A stretch of DNA of 64,000 nt. It comes from Myxococcales bacterium (GTDB taxonomy: Bacteria > Myxococcota_A > UBA9042). Every line of letters starts with the position of its first letter. The first letter of the stretch is position 1. This document shows positions 49,382 to 58,758 of the stretch, piece after piece. The stretch covers positions 102,045 to 166,044 of the forward strand of contig JBBISH010000003.1 in NCBI GenBank assembly GCA_037441385.1, read 5' to 3'. The translations under genes were made by a program, and so were the position numbers. Below the pieces are notes generated by a model, which ran no database searches, had not been told where the DNA came from, and saw only the letters and a program-made list of their open reading frames with translations.

Positions 49382-51187
49382 CTATCCCGCGGCCTTGCGG
49401 ACCAAGAGCATCAAGGCCAGCGGCAAGGCAAACGCGGCCACGGTGGCGAGCGCGCCCCAAAGGCGCAGCCGGGCGGCCACATCATCGCGACCGGCGGCGT
49501 GGGCGCGGTACTCGCCGATCACTTGCAGCGTCGCCAGGCCGATCGACGCATAGGCCGCGAAATACGACCAATCGACCACCGTCAGGTAGCCGACTTCGGG
49601 CAAGTGCCCGGCGGCGTTGACCTGCAACTCCACCGCACACAGCAGGGCCAGCACGGTCAGCAGGAGCTTGGCATCCAGCTTCTCGGCAGGGATCAGGCTG
49701 GCCGCCAACGCCATCAGCACCATGAGGAGCAGCGGCGCCAAGTCGGCCACGGCAAAGCGCAGCACCTCGCGGCGCACTTCCACGACGAAATTGTAGCGGC
49801 TGAAGAATTCGCTGGGCCCGTAGCGAGCCTTGACCTCTTCGGAGCGAACCGACTGAAGCCGCCAATCCTGCAGCGAAAACCCCGGCCCCAGGCGCTGGTC
49901 CAGGGTCAAGCCAGCCTCGGGATGCCAGCGGGTCTCGCAATGGAAGACCAACTGGCCGAACTGCAGCAGCGGGTGCTCGAAGGCAAGCTCGAACCGTTGC
50001 GTATCAAAGGGATAGGCGTGCAAATCGAACTGACTGCGCGCCCGCCCGTGCATGCGCCAGTTCAGGCTGTGCCAGGGGCCGTGCGGCTCGTAGCCGTTGG
50101 GCGTGACCTCGACTTCGTCGGCGTTCATGACCTCGAAAGGCCGCGGATCATCGGGCCCCATGCGCGGGTCCAGCCAGCGCAGTTCAAGGGTCGCGTCAAA
50201 GTTGAAGGTGCCTTTTTGCAGGTCCACGGCGCTGATGGCGATCAGCCACACGGTCACGCGCACGTCGATCGGCTTGTCCAGCGGGCCACCGCGCGCATAG
50301 GCATCGGCCGCGCCGGGGTGCAAGGGCAGCGGCGACGGCATCGCGGCCAGGGCGCGCTGAATTCCGGCCAGGCCGCGGTCGCCTTGCCGCAGCAGGTCCG
50401 GCTGGCCCCACATCGCCTCGACCAAGTCGTCGACCGCGAGCCGCGGCAACCCCGAACGACCAACGAGCACTTGCGGCACCGACAGTGTCACGACCTTCTT
50501 CTCGCCCAGCTGCTGAAATTGGCCGCGGTCGATGGTGGCCACCTGCCAAGGCCAGGCCGACTCAGGCAGTTCTTTGGCGCTGGGCAAGCTCAGCCAACGA
50601 TCGCCCGCGGCCAGGGCCGCCGTCACGCTCACGTCCTCTGGAGCCACCACCACGAACGCGGCGTCGGCCTGACCGCTGTGCAGGGCCGCCAACGGATCCG
50701 GCGTGATCTGAAGGGGCACCGAGGCGCGCGGCACCCCGGCATGTTCCAGCAGCACCAGCAGCGCTTCGCGGTCGCCCGTCGCCGCCACAGCAACGCGCTT
50801 TCCTTGCATATCGCGCACTTCGGCAAGCTCGTGGCGGGTCAACACGGCCAGGTAGCTGGTGTGCAAGACGGCCAAAGCGCGCAAGTCCGGGTGCGGCGCC
50901 TGGAACCGCCCCGTGCCCAGCCACGCAGCCCGAGCGACATCGGCGCGCACCAGCGCCAAGGCATCGCCTGAACTGGCCAGAAGTTGCTGGATGTTGTCTA
51001 CGCTTCCGCCGGTCGTGGTGGGCGTCACCGCCTCGCCCGCGGGCACGGCCGCCGCGGCCTGCGCCACACCCGCGGCCAATCGAGCCTCGGCCTTGCCTGC
51101 CGGCCCGCAGTACAGCGGCATGGCAACGGCCGCTGGCGCGATCCACAGCGCGCACCACAGCGCAACGCCGAACAGCAGGGTCTTCAT
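49382..51187 (-). CDS. TAXI-type solute-binding domain fused to a pentameric ligand-gated ion channel
   Basis: TGGSVDN and PLHPGA TAXI motifs; RWLDPR, FDLHAYPFDTQ Pro-loop, four TM helices with LPEVGYLTVVD. Confidence 0.85.
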   Translation of the reverse strand: MKTLLFGVALWCALWIAPAAVAMPLYCGPAGKAEARLAAGVAQAAAAVPAGEAVTPTTTGGSVDNIQQLLASSGDALALVRADVARAAWLGTGRFQAPHPDLRALAVLHTSYLAVLTRHELAEVRDMQGKRVAVAATGDREALLVLLEHAGVPRASVPLQITPDPLAALHSGQADAAFVVVAPEDVSVTAALAAGDRWLSLPSAKELPESAWPWQVATIDRGQFQQLGEKKVVTLSVPQVLVGRSGLPRLAVDDLVEAMWGQPDLLRQGDRGLAGIQRALAAMPSPLPLHPGAADAYARGGPLDKPIDVRVTVWLIAISAVDLQKGTFNFDATLELRWLDPRMGPDDPRPFEVMNADEVEVTPNGYEPHGPWHSLNWRMHGRARSQFDLHAYPFDTQRFELAFEHPLLQFGQLVFHCETRWHPEAGLTLDQRLGPGFSLQDWRLQSVRSEEVKARYGPSEFFSRYNFVVEVRREVLRFAVADLAPLLLMVLMALAASLIPAEKLDAKLLLTVLALLCAVELQVNAAGHLPEVGYLTVVDWSYFAAYASIGLATLQVIGEYRAHAAGRDDVAARLRLWGALATVAAFALPLALMLLVRKAAG

Positions 51188-53361
51188 CGCCAAGCCTCCG
51201 GAAGTTGCAGGCCAAATTGCTGCACCAAGAAGGTCAGCCGATCCGTGGCTTCGTCGATCAGCTTGGTGGTGGGCTTGCCGGCACCATGCCCGGCGCGGGT
51301 CTCGACACGGATGCGCACGGGCGCTGGCCCGCCCTGGGCAGCTTGCAAGGCCGCGGCAAACTTGAAGGAATGCGCTGGCACCACGCGGTCGTCGTGGTCG
51401 CCGGTCAGAATCAACGTCGCGGGATAGTGGGCGCCAGCCTTGAGGTTGTGGAGCGGGCTGTACTGGTACAACCACTGAAACGCCTTGGGATCCGCGCTGC
51501 TACCGTACTCTGGGACCCACGCCCAGCCAATGGTGAACAAGTGGTAACGCAGCATGTCCATCACGCCCACGGCCGGCAGCGCCGCGCCGAACAACTCGGG
51601 CCGCTGCGCCAGGCAGGCCCCGACCAGCAGGCCGCCATTGCTGCCGCCGGCAATGGCCAGGCGCTTCGCCGACGTCCACTTTTCGCGCGCCAAGAGCTCG
51701 GCCACAGCCATGAAGTCGTCAAAAACGTTCTGCTTCTTGTCCAACTTGCCCGCATCATGCCAGGCCTCGCCCAATTCGGCACCGCCGCGCAGCACCGCCA
51801 CGGCCAGCACCCCGCCTGCCTCGACCCAGGCGTGTAGGTCGGGTTTGTAAAACGGCGTGATCTCGACAGAAAACCCGCCGTAGCCATACAGGTAGGCCGG
51901 CGCCGTCCCATCGCGTGGCAAGTCGCGGCGCGCCGTGACAAAAACCGGCACCTTGGTACCATCTTTGCTTGTAGCGTAGCGCACTTGCGTGGTGTAGCGG
52001 TCGGCCGGCAAGCCGTGCTTTGCGTCGAAGCGGACGGCAAGCTCGCGCCGGTCCAAGTTGGCGTGGAAGATCCGCGTGGGACTCAAAAAGTCGACGTAGC
52101 CAAAGAACAAGTTGGGGTCACCGGCGTGCCCCGAGATCCCAGCGACCGAGCCAAGCCGCGGGAATTCCGGCGCCGGCAACGGCTTGCCCTGGTAGTCGAT
52201 GAACGCCAACTGGTGCGAGGCCTGCACCAAGCGGCTCACCACGATGCCCTGCCCGGCGAGCACCGCCATCGACAGCGTGGAATCGGCCTGGCCCTGGACC
52301 TGGCGCCATCCCTGCGGCAGCGGACCGGGAGCCTGATCCGTGTCGATCGTCGCGCCGATGCTCAGGTCGACGACCAGGAGACGACCGCGCGGGGCTGCCC
52401 AGTCGCTCCGCAAATAGAGCTGACCGTCGCGCACGCCTGCGACCTCGAACGAACCGCCAAAGCCGCGTGCCAGTTGGCGATTGGGACCCAAGCCCGTGGC
52501 CGTGATGGCGCGGACGTCCAGGCCATTGCGCGATTCGGCGCCGCGCCACGTGCTGAGCAGCCACCAGCGGCCGTCGTCGCTGACCTCGACCCCAAAGCCC
52601 CACTCGGGTTGCGCCGGGTTGTGATGGACTACCTCGTCGGCGGATTGCGGCGTGCCCAGCGTATGGAAGCAGACCTTCTGGAACTTGTTGACAGCCGTAA
52701 GCGTTTCGCCCGGCCTGGGCGCATCGTAGCGGGCGTACCAGAAGCCCTTGCCGCTTGGATGCCACGCGATCGAACTGAACTTGACCCATTGTAGTACGTC
52801 GGGTCGATCGGCGCCGCTGTCGACGTCGCGTACGTGGATTTCGTTCCAGTCCGAACCGCCGCTGGCGAGCGCATAGCCTACCAGCTTGCCGTCGTCACTG
52901 GGCGAAAAGCTCTGCAGCGACACGGTTCCGTCGCCGGCCGCACGGTTGGGATCAAGCAGTACCCGGCAGGCCTGCTCGCCTTGCGGCGCCCAGCAAAGCA
53001 CCGCTTGATTCTGCAACCCATTGTTATGCCGCCAAAATGCCCGACCACCCCGCACTGCCGGCGGCGTCTCTTTGGCGTAGTCCCAGATCGTGGCCAGGTG
53101 GCGCGCCAAGGCGGCCCGTTGCGGCACCGTATCCAGCAACGCGCGCGTCGCCGCGTTCTGCGCTTGCACCCAGGCCTGGGTCTCGGGGCTGTCTTGCTCG
53201 AGCCAGCGGTACGGATCGGCAACCTTTTGGCCATGGTAATCGTCGACTTGGTCCCCCTTGCGCGTGGCGGGCGCGGTCGCATCGGCAGCGTGCGCCGGCG
53301 GCGCCGGCGTGGCCAACGCAAAGACGATCGCAGGGGCAAGCAGCAACGGCAGAGCGCGCAT
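51184..53361 (-). CDS. secreted prolyl oligopeptidase (S9A)
   Basis: Signal peptide; DPYRWLE, GGSNGG, HDDRV, AGHGAG. Confidence 0.95.
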   Translation of the reverse strand: MRALPLLLAPAIVFALATPAPPAHAADATAPATRKGDQVDDYHGQKVADPYRWLEQDSPETQAWVQAQNAATRALLDTVPQRAALARHLATIWDYAKETPPAVRGGRAFWRHNNGLQNQAVLCWAPQGEQACRVLLDPNRAAGDGTVSLQSFSPSDDGKLVGYALASGGSDWNEIHVRDVDSGADRPDVLQWVKFSSIAWHPSGKGFWYARYDAPRPGETLTAVNKFQKVCFHTLGTPQSADEVVHHNPAQPEWGFGVEVSDDGRWWLLSTWRGAESRNGLDVRAITATGLGPNRQLARGFGGSFEVAGVRDGQLYLRSDWAAPRGRLLVVDLSIGATIDTDQAPGPLPQGWRQVQGQADSTLSMAVLAGQGIVVSRLVQASHQLAFIDYQGKPLPAPEFPRLGSVAGISGHAGDPNLFFGYVDFLSPTRIFHANLDRRELAVRFDAKHGLPADRYTTQVRYATSKDGTKVPVFVTARRDLPRDGTAPAYLYGYGGFSVEITPFYKPDLHAWVEAGGVLAVAVLRGGAELGEAWHDAGKLDKKQNVFDDFMAVAELLAREKWTSAKRLAIAGGSNGGLLVGACLAQRPELFGAALPAVGVMDMLRYHLFTIGWAWVPEYGSSADPKAFQWLYQYSPLHNLKAGAHYPATLILTGDHDDRVVPAHSFKFAAALQAAQGGPAPVRIRVETRAGHGAGKPTTKLIDEATDRLTFLVQQFGLQLPEAWR

Positions 53362-53530
53362 CGGGGTCCTGGCGGTCGAGTACCGACCTTGAAGCCCGAT
53401 GGTGGCCCGGCCCCAGGGCTGTTGTCCAGCCGACCTGCGGGCGATCGTGCGGCTGCGACCGGCGACTGCCCCGCGGCGCCGCCATCTGCTACCGTGCGGC
53501 CCGGCCCAACGTGGGCGGGTAGGGGCAGCC

Positions 53531-54298
53531 GTGGTCGAGCCAGTATTGATTGGGGCGGGTCGGGTTGGTTTGGCGCTGGCGCGGCGAGCGGCCGAGCGGG
53601 GCCTGAAAGCGCCGTTGCTGGGCCGCAGCGACGGCTGGGACGTGCTAGACGCGTCGCCCGGGCAGCCGGTCGCCTTGTGTGTCCGCAACGACGACTTGGA
53701 CGCCGTGCTCGACCGCGTCCCGCCGCACCGGTGGCCGGACTTGGTCTTTCTGCAAAACGGGATGCTGCGCGACTGGTTGCGCGCGCACGACTTGGCCGCG
53801 GCGACGCGCGGGCTGCTGTTCTTTGCGGTGGCCGACCGCAGCGCCGATGCCCAACCGGGCGGAACCACGCCCCTATGGGGTCCCCATGCGCAATCGCTGG
53901 CGACGTGGCTGGCGGCGCTGGGCTTGCCGGCCGAGGCAGTGGCCGAACGCCCGTTCGCCGATGTGGAACTGGAGAAGCTGCTGTGGAATTCGTGCTTGGG
54001 CGTGCTCTGCCAAGCGCACGGCTGCACCGTCGCGCAGGTGGCTGGGGACCACGCCGAGCAACTAAAGGCGCTGGTTGGCGAATTGGCGGCGCTGGCGCGT
54101 CCCGCCTTGGGGGCCCTGGCCGACGATCAAGGCCTCAGCGAACGCATTGCCCGCTACAGTCTGCAGTTGGGCGACTATCGCGCGGCGGTCAAGGAGTGGC
54201 GTTGGCGCAACGGTTGGTTCGTCGCAGAGGCTGCCCGGCGCCGCCTGGCCTGCCCGCTGCACACCGCGCTGCTGACTCAGGCTGGGCTCCCGATCTGA
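53531..54298 (+). CDS. compact ketopantoate-reductase-like Rossmann protein
   Basis: IGAGRVG, VRNDDL, FLQNG, EKLLWN. Confidence 0.65.
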   Translation: MVEPVLIGAGRVGLALARRAAERGLKAPLLGRSDGWDVLDASPGQPVALCVRNDDLDAVLDRVPPHRWPDLVFLQNGMLRDWLRAHDLAAATRGLLFFAVADRSADAQPGGTTPLWGPHAQSLATWLAALGLPAEAVAERPFADVELEKLLWNSCLGVLCQAHGCTVAQVAGDHAEQLKALVGELAALARPALGALADDQGLSERIARYSLQLGDYRAAVKEWRWRNGWFVAEAARRRLACPLHTALLTQAGLPI

Positions 54299-54418
54299 CG
54301 GGCAGTCCGCAGGGTTGGTGCGCGCGCGGACCTTGGGACTGGTTGTGCACCGGCCGAGTCTCCGGTCGCGCCCCAGGAAAGAGACGGAGCAGCCGACCGG
54401 ACCTCGACCGATTCGGGA

Positions 54419-57400
54419 CTACTTGCAGGCGCACTTGACGTCGATCTGGTAGTCCTCGACCGCGCCTTGGTAGCCGTCGACCACGATGAAGTACTTGTTG
54501 CCCTTGGTGCCGGCAAAAGTCTTGGTGGCGGTGTTGCCCATCATCAGCGCGTGGCTGGTGCAAGTGGCGGCCCCACAAGTCTTGCTGCCGTCCAAAATGA
54601 ACAGGTCCAGGTACTTGCCGCTCGACGTCGACGTCTTCTTGACCGTCACGGTGACGTCGCCGGTGCACGTCGCATCGTACGTGTAGGTGTACTCGGGGCC
54701 GGCGTAGTCGGCCTCGGCGCCGTCGGTGCACTGCCAGCTGTCGATGACTTTGGTGCTGCCAGCGCCGCCGTTGCTGTATTGGTCGCTGCCGCCGCAGGCA
54801 AGGTCGTAGTCGGGCACGCACTGGGCGGCCGCGGGCTTGCAGGCGGCATCGGCGGCGCAGTCGCTGTCGGCGCAGTCGGTCTTGCCGTCCTTGTCGTCGT
54901 CGATCTTGTCGGTGCAGTTGGTCTCGGTGGTGGGCGCGGCGCAGCTGCAGTCGATCTTCAGCGTGTAGTTGCCGTTGTAGTTGTTGTAGCCGTCGGCGAC
55001 CACGTAGTAGGTCTGGCCCTTCTTGGCCGTCCAGGTGGTCTTGGCGGTGGTGCTGCTCATCAGGCCGTGGACCAGGCAGGCGTTGCTGGCGCAGCTCTTG
55101 GCGGCGTCCAGCACGAACAGGTCGATGTAGCCGGCGCTGGTCGAGGTCTTGGTGAGCGTCGCCGTGACCGGGCCGTCGCAGGCGGCGGTGTACGTGTAGG
55201 TGTACTCGTTGCCGGTCTCGCCGGTCATGCTGCCGTCGGCGCACTGCCAATCGGCGATGGCCTTGGTCGAGCCGGTGCCGTTGTTGCTGTAGCTGTCCGA
55301 GTCGCCGCAGCTCATCGGGTAGTCGGCCTTGCACTGGGTGGCGGCCAGGCAGCTGGGATCCTTGGCGCAGTCGTTGTCGGCGCAGTCGGCCTTGCCGTCC
55401 TTGTCGTTGTCGATCTTGTCGCTGCAGTTGGTTTCGGTCGCCGGGGTGGCGCAGGCCACGTCCTTGGTGCAGTCGCTGTCGCTGCAGTCGGTCTTGCCGT
55501 CCTTGTCGTTGTCCACCTTGTCAGTGCAGTTTGCCTCGGTGCCCGGGGGAACGCAGGCAACGTCCTTGGCGCAGTCGCTGTCGGCGCAGTCGGTCTTGCC
55601 ATCCTTGTCGTCGTCGACCTTGTTGGTGCAGCTGGTTTCCTTGGTGACACCGCACTTGCAGGTGGTCTTGATGCTGTAGTTGCCGGCGTAGGCGTTGTAG
55701 CCGTCGACCGCGATGCCCAGCTTCTGACCGGACTTGACGGTGATCGTCTGGGTCGCGGAGGTGCCGCTCATCAGCGAGTGGGCCACGCACGCGTTGCTGC
55801 CGCAGGCCTGGCCGCCGTCGAGCAGGAACAGATCCAGGTAGCCGCTGGTGGTCGAGGTCTTGGTCAGCGCCACGGTCAGTTCGCCGTCGCACGAGGCGGT
55901 GTAGTCGTACACGTACTCGGGGCCGGTCTCGCTGCCGACCGTGCCGTCCTTGCAGACGTAGGTGCTGACGGCCTTGGTCGAACCCATGCCGCTGTTGTTC
56001 CACAGATCCGAGGTGTTGCAGTTCAAGGTCGACGCCGTCTGGCAAGCGCAGGCGCCCTTGCCCGAGCAGTCCGGGTCCGCGCAATCCACCAAGCCGTCGG
56101 CGTCGTTGTCGACCTTGTCGGTGCAAAGCGTTTCGCCCACGGGCAGCTGGCAAGCCACGTCCTTGGCGCAATCGCCATCGGCGCAGTCGGTCAGGCCGTC
56201 CTTGTCGTCGTCGAGCTTGTTAGCGCAATTGGTCTCGGTGGTGCCGGTGGTGCAAGCAGTGTCTTTGGCGCAGTCGCTGTCGGCGCAGTCGGTCTTGCCA
56301 TCCAGGTCGTTGTCCAACTTGTCGCCGCAGATCGTCTCGACCGTGGGGGCGCAGGCCAGATTGGTCGCGCAGTCACTGTCGGCGCAGTCCAACTTGCCGT
56401 CTTTGTCGTTGTCGATCTTGTCGGTGCACGACGTCTCGACCGTGGGGGCGCAGGCCAGGTCCGCGGCGCAATCCGAGTCCAGGCAGTCGACCAGCTTGTC
56501 GCCGTCGTTGTCCACCTTGTCGGTGCAGTTGGTCTCTTTGCCGCCCGCGCAACCGCAGGTGATCTTCAGGCTGTAGTCCGAGGCAAAGCCCTGGTAGCCG
56601 TCCACGACGATGAAGTACTTGCCGTCCTTCTTGGCGGTGAACGTCTGGGTGGCCTGGGTCGACGACATCAGCGCGTGGGCGATGCACGAGGAAGCCTGGC
56701 AACCCGTGACCGCATCCAGGATGAACAGATCCAGGTAGCCGGCCTTGGTGCTCTGCTTGATGAGGGTGACCACCACCGGGCCGTCGCAGGCGGCCGTGTA
56801 GCTGTAGGTGTACTCAGCGCCCGTTTCGCCGTTGACCTTGCCGTCCTTGCACTCGTAGGCGCTCAGGACCTGGGTCGAGCCTTTGGCGTTGTTGGCGTTC
56901 TTCTCGGTGCCGCCGCAGGTCGAGACGCCCGCGTCGACGCACTTGTTGGCGGCGCACGCCGGGTCGGCCTTGCAGTCGCTGTCGCCGCAGTCGGTCAGGC
57001 CGTCCTTGTCGTCGTCCACCTTGTTGCCGCAGTTGGTTTCTTTGCCGGCGCAGGCGGGATCCTTGGCGCAGTCGCTGTCGGCGCAGTCGGTCTTGCCGTC
57101 CAGGTCGTCGTCGACCTTGTCGGCGCAGTTGGTCTCGGTGGTGGGGGCGGCGCACTGCTTCTTGCAGAGCGTGCCCACTTCGCCCACGCAGACGTCGTCC
57201 CACGCCGTATCGCAGCAGTACGAGTCGGCCTTGCACACGGTGGCGGCGCAGGGATCGCAGTTGGCGGTCAGGGGATCGGCGCTCTGGGCGCAGACATCGC
57301 ACTTGCTGGCGCACTTGGCGTCTTTGGCGCAGTCGCTGTCGCTGCAATCGGTAAAGCCGTCCTTGTCGTCGTCGACCTTGTTGGCGCAGTCGGCCTCGGG

Positions 57401-58591
57401 GGCAACCACGCAGGTCGGGTCCTTGGCGCAGTCGATGTCCTGGCAGTCGATCTTGCCGTCCAGGTCGTTGTCCTTGCCGTCGCTGCAGTTGGTCTCGGTG
57501 GTCACGGTGATGGCGCAGGCGGGATCCACGCTGCAGTCGTTGTCCTTGCAGTCGGTAAAGCCGTCTTTGTCGTCGTCGATGCTGTTGGCGCAGTTCTTCT
57601 CGGGCGACTGACAAGCTGGGTCGCTGGCGCAGTCAGCATCGGCGCAGTCGGTCTGGCCATCCTTGTCCTCGTCCAGCGTGTCGGTGCAGTTGGCTTCCTT
57701 GGTGGGCGTGACCAGGCAGGCGGCGTCCTGGCCGCAGTCGTTGTCGGCGCAGTCGGTCTGGCCGTCGCCGTCGTCGTCGACCTTGTTGCCGCAGTCGGTC
57801 TCGTGGGTGGGCTTCTGGCAGCCGGTGGCGTTGGCGCAGTCGCTGTCGGCGCAGTCCGTGGCGCCGTCTTTGTCGTTGTCTTGCTGATCTTGGCACGCGG
57901 TCTCGGGGCCCACAGCCTTGCAGGCGGCGTCGGCGGCGCAGTCGTTGTCGGCGCAGTCGGTCAAGCCGTCTTTGTCGTCGTCTTTGGCGTTGCCACAGTC
58001 CGTCTCGGGGCCGGTTTGGCAGGTGCCGTTGGGCGTGCCCTTGCAGGCGCCGGCGGCGCAGGTGTCGTCGCTGGTGCACTTGTCGCCGTCGTCGCAGGGC
58101 ACCTGGTTGTTGGTCGCCACACAACCCGTCTTGGTGTCGCACTTATTGTCGGTGCAGGGGTTGTTGTCTTGGCAGCTGACCGCCGTGCCGCCTTGGCACT
58201 TGTCGGCCTTGCAGGTGCGACCGGTAAAGCACTTGTTGCCGTCGTCGCAGGGGTCGCCGTCGGCCGAGGGGCCGGCCTTGCACACGCCCGCGGCGCACCA
58301 AGCCTTCTCGCAGGGGGCCAGGTTGGCGACCTTGCCCACGCAGTCGTTGTCGGTCACGCAGCCGCCCGTGGTCGAGTCGCTGACCGTGGTGTCTGGCTTG
58401 GTGGTGTCGGGTTTGGCGGTATCGCCGCCCTGGTTGCTATCGCCCAAGTTGACGCCCATGTCGTCGCCGTTGACGTCTTGGTTGGCATTGCCTTGCTGGG
58501 TCTGCGACGAGCCGGAGTCACCACAGCCGGCGGCAAGCACGACGGACGCAGCGCTGATGGCCAACACTGAACGGAAGCTCTTCAAATTCAT
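54419..58591 (-). CDS. giant Cys/Asp-rich repeat lipoprotein with four repeated beta-sandwich (PPC-like) domains
   Basis: Lipobox AAGC; 18 CxxxxDxDxDxxxDCxDxDC units; 4 domains with EYxY..Y(L/I)DLF..VDGY. Confidence 0.88.
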   Translation of the reverse strand: MNLKSFRSVLAISAASVVLAAGCGDSGSSQTQQGNANQDVNGDDMGVNLGDSNQGGDTAKPDTTKPDTTVSDSTTGGCVTDNDCVGKVANLAPCEKAWCAAGVCKAGPSADGDPCDDGNKCFTGRTCKADKCQGGTAVSCQDNNPCTDNKCDTKTGCVATNNQVPCDDGDKCTSDDTCAAGACKGTPNGTCQTGPETDCGNAKDDDKDGLTDCADNDCAADAACKAVGPETACQDQQDNDKDGATDCADSDCANATGCQKPTHETDCGNKVDDDGDGQTDCADNDCGQDAACLVTPTKEANCTDTLDEDKDGQTDCADADCASDPACQSPEKNCANSIDDDKDGFTDCKDNDCSVDPACAITVTTETNCSDGKDNDLDGKIDCQDIDCAKDPTCVVAPEADCANKVDDDKDGFTDCSDSDCAKDAKCASKCDVCAQSADPLTANCDPCAATVCKADSYCCDTAWDDVCVGEVGTLCKKQCAAPTTETNCADKVDDDLDGKTDCADSDCAKDPACAGKETNCGNKVDDDKDGLTDCGDSDCKADPACAANKCVDAGVSTCGGTEKNANNAKGSTQVLSAYECKDGKVNGETGAEYTYSYTAACDGPVVVTLIKQSTKAGYLDLFILDAVTGCQASSCIAHALMSSTQATQTFTAKKDGKYFIVVDGYQGFASDYSLKITCGCAGGKETNCTDKVDNDGDKLVDCLDSDCAADLACAPTVETSCTDKIDNDKDGKLDCADSDCATNLACAPTVETICGDKLDNDLDGKTDCADSDCAKDTACTTGTTETNCANKLDDDKDGLTDCADGDCAKDVACQLPVGETLCTDKVDNDADGLVDCADPDCSGKGACACQTASTLNCNTSDLWNNSGMGSTKAVSTYVCKDGTVGSETGPEYVYDYTASCDGELTVALTKTSTTSGYLDLFLLDGGQACGSNACVAHSLMSGTSATQTITVKSGQKLGIAVDGYNAYAGNYSIKTTCKCGVTKETSCTNKVDDDKDGKTDCADSDCAKDVACVPPGTEANCTDKVDNDKDGKTDCSDSDCTKDVACATPATETNCSDKIDNDKDGKADCADNDCAKDPSCLAATQCKADYPMSCGDSDSYSNNGTGSTKAIADWQCADGSMTGETGNEYTYTYTAACDGPVTATLTKTSTSAGYIDLFVLDAAKSCASNACLVHGLMSSTTAKTTWTAKKGQTYYVVADGYNNYNGNYTLKIDCSCAAPTTETNCTDKIDDDKDGKTDCADSDCAADAACKPAAAQCVPDYDLACGGSDQYSNGGAGSTKVIDSWQCTDGAEADYAGPEYTYTYDATCTGDVTVTVKKTSTSSGKYLDLFILDGSKTCGAATCTSHALMMGNTATKTFAGTKGNKYFIVVDGYQGAVEDYQIDVKCACK

Positions 58592-58639
58592 GATATTTCT
58601 CCAAGACAGCCAGCACTTGGGCGCCAAATGCGGGCGAAG

Positions 58640-58668
58640 AGAGTACGGGGCACGGCGCGCGGCGTCAA
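58640..58668 (-). promoter_or_regulatory. probable sigma70 promoter of the giant lipoprotein gene
   Basis: TTGACG-17nt-TACTCT. Confidence 0.55.
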
Positions 58669-58758
58669 GCGAAACCCGCAACTGCAGATGGCAACTAGCG
58701 GCCTCTGGCTCGGTCGCGCGCTTTCCCTGTGGCGAGCGTTTCCGCTACCCTGGCGGCC

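Noticed and set aside
54467..58570. 1367-aa + strand ORF
   Set aside because: Antisense shadow of the repeat lipoprotein: Val/Ala/Gly-rich mirror of biased codons, no motifs
54419..58591. Periodic DNA repeats as a CRISPR array
   Set aside because: In-frame coding repeats with third-position variation
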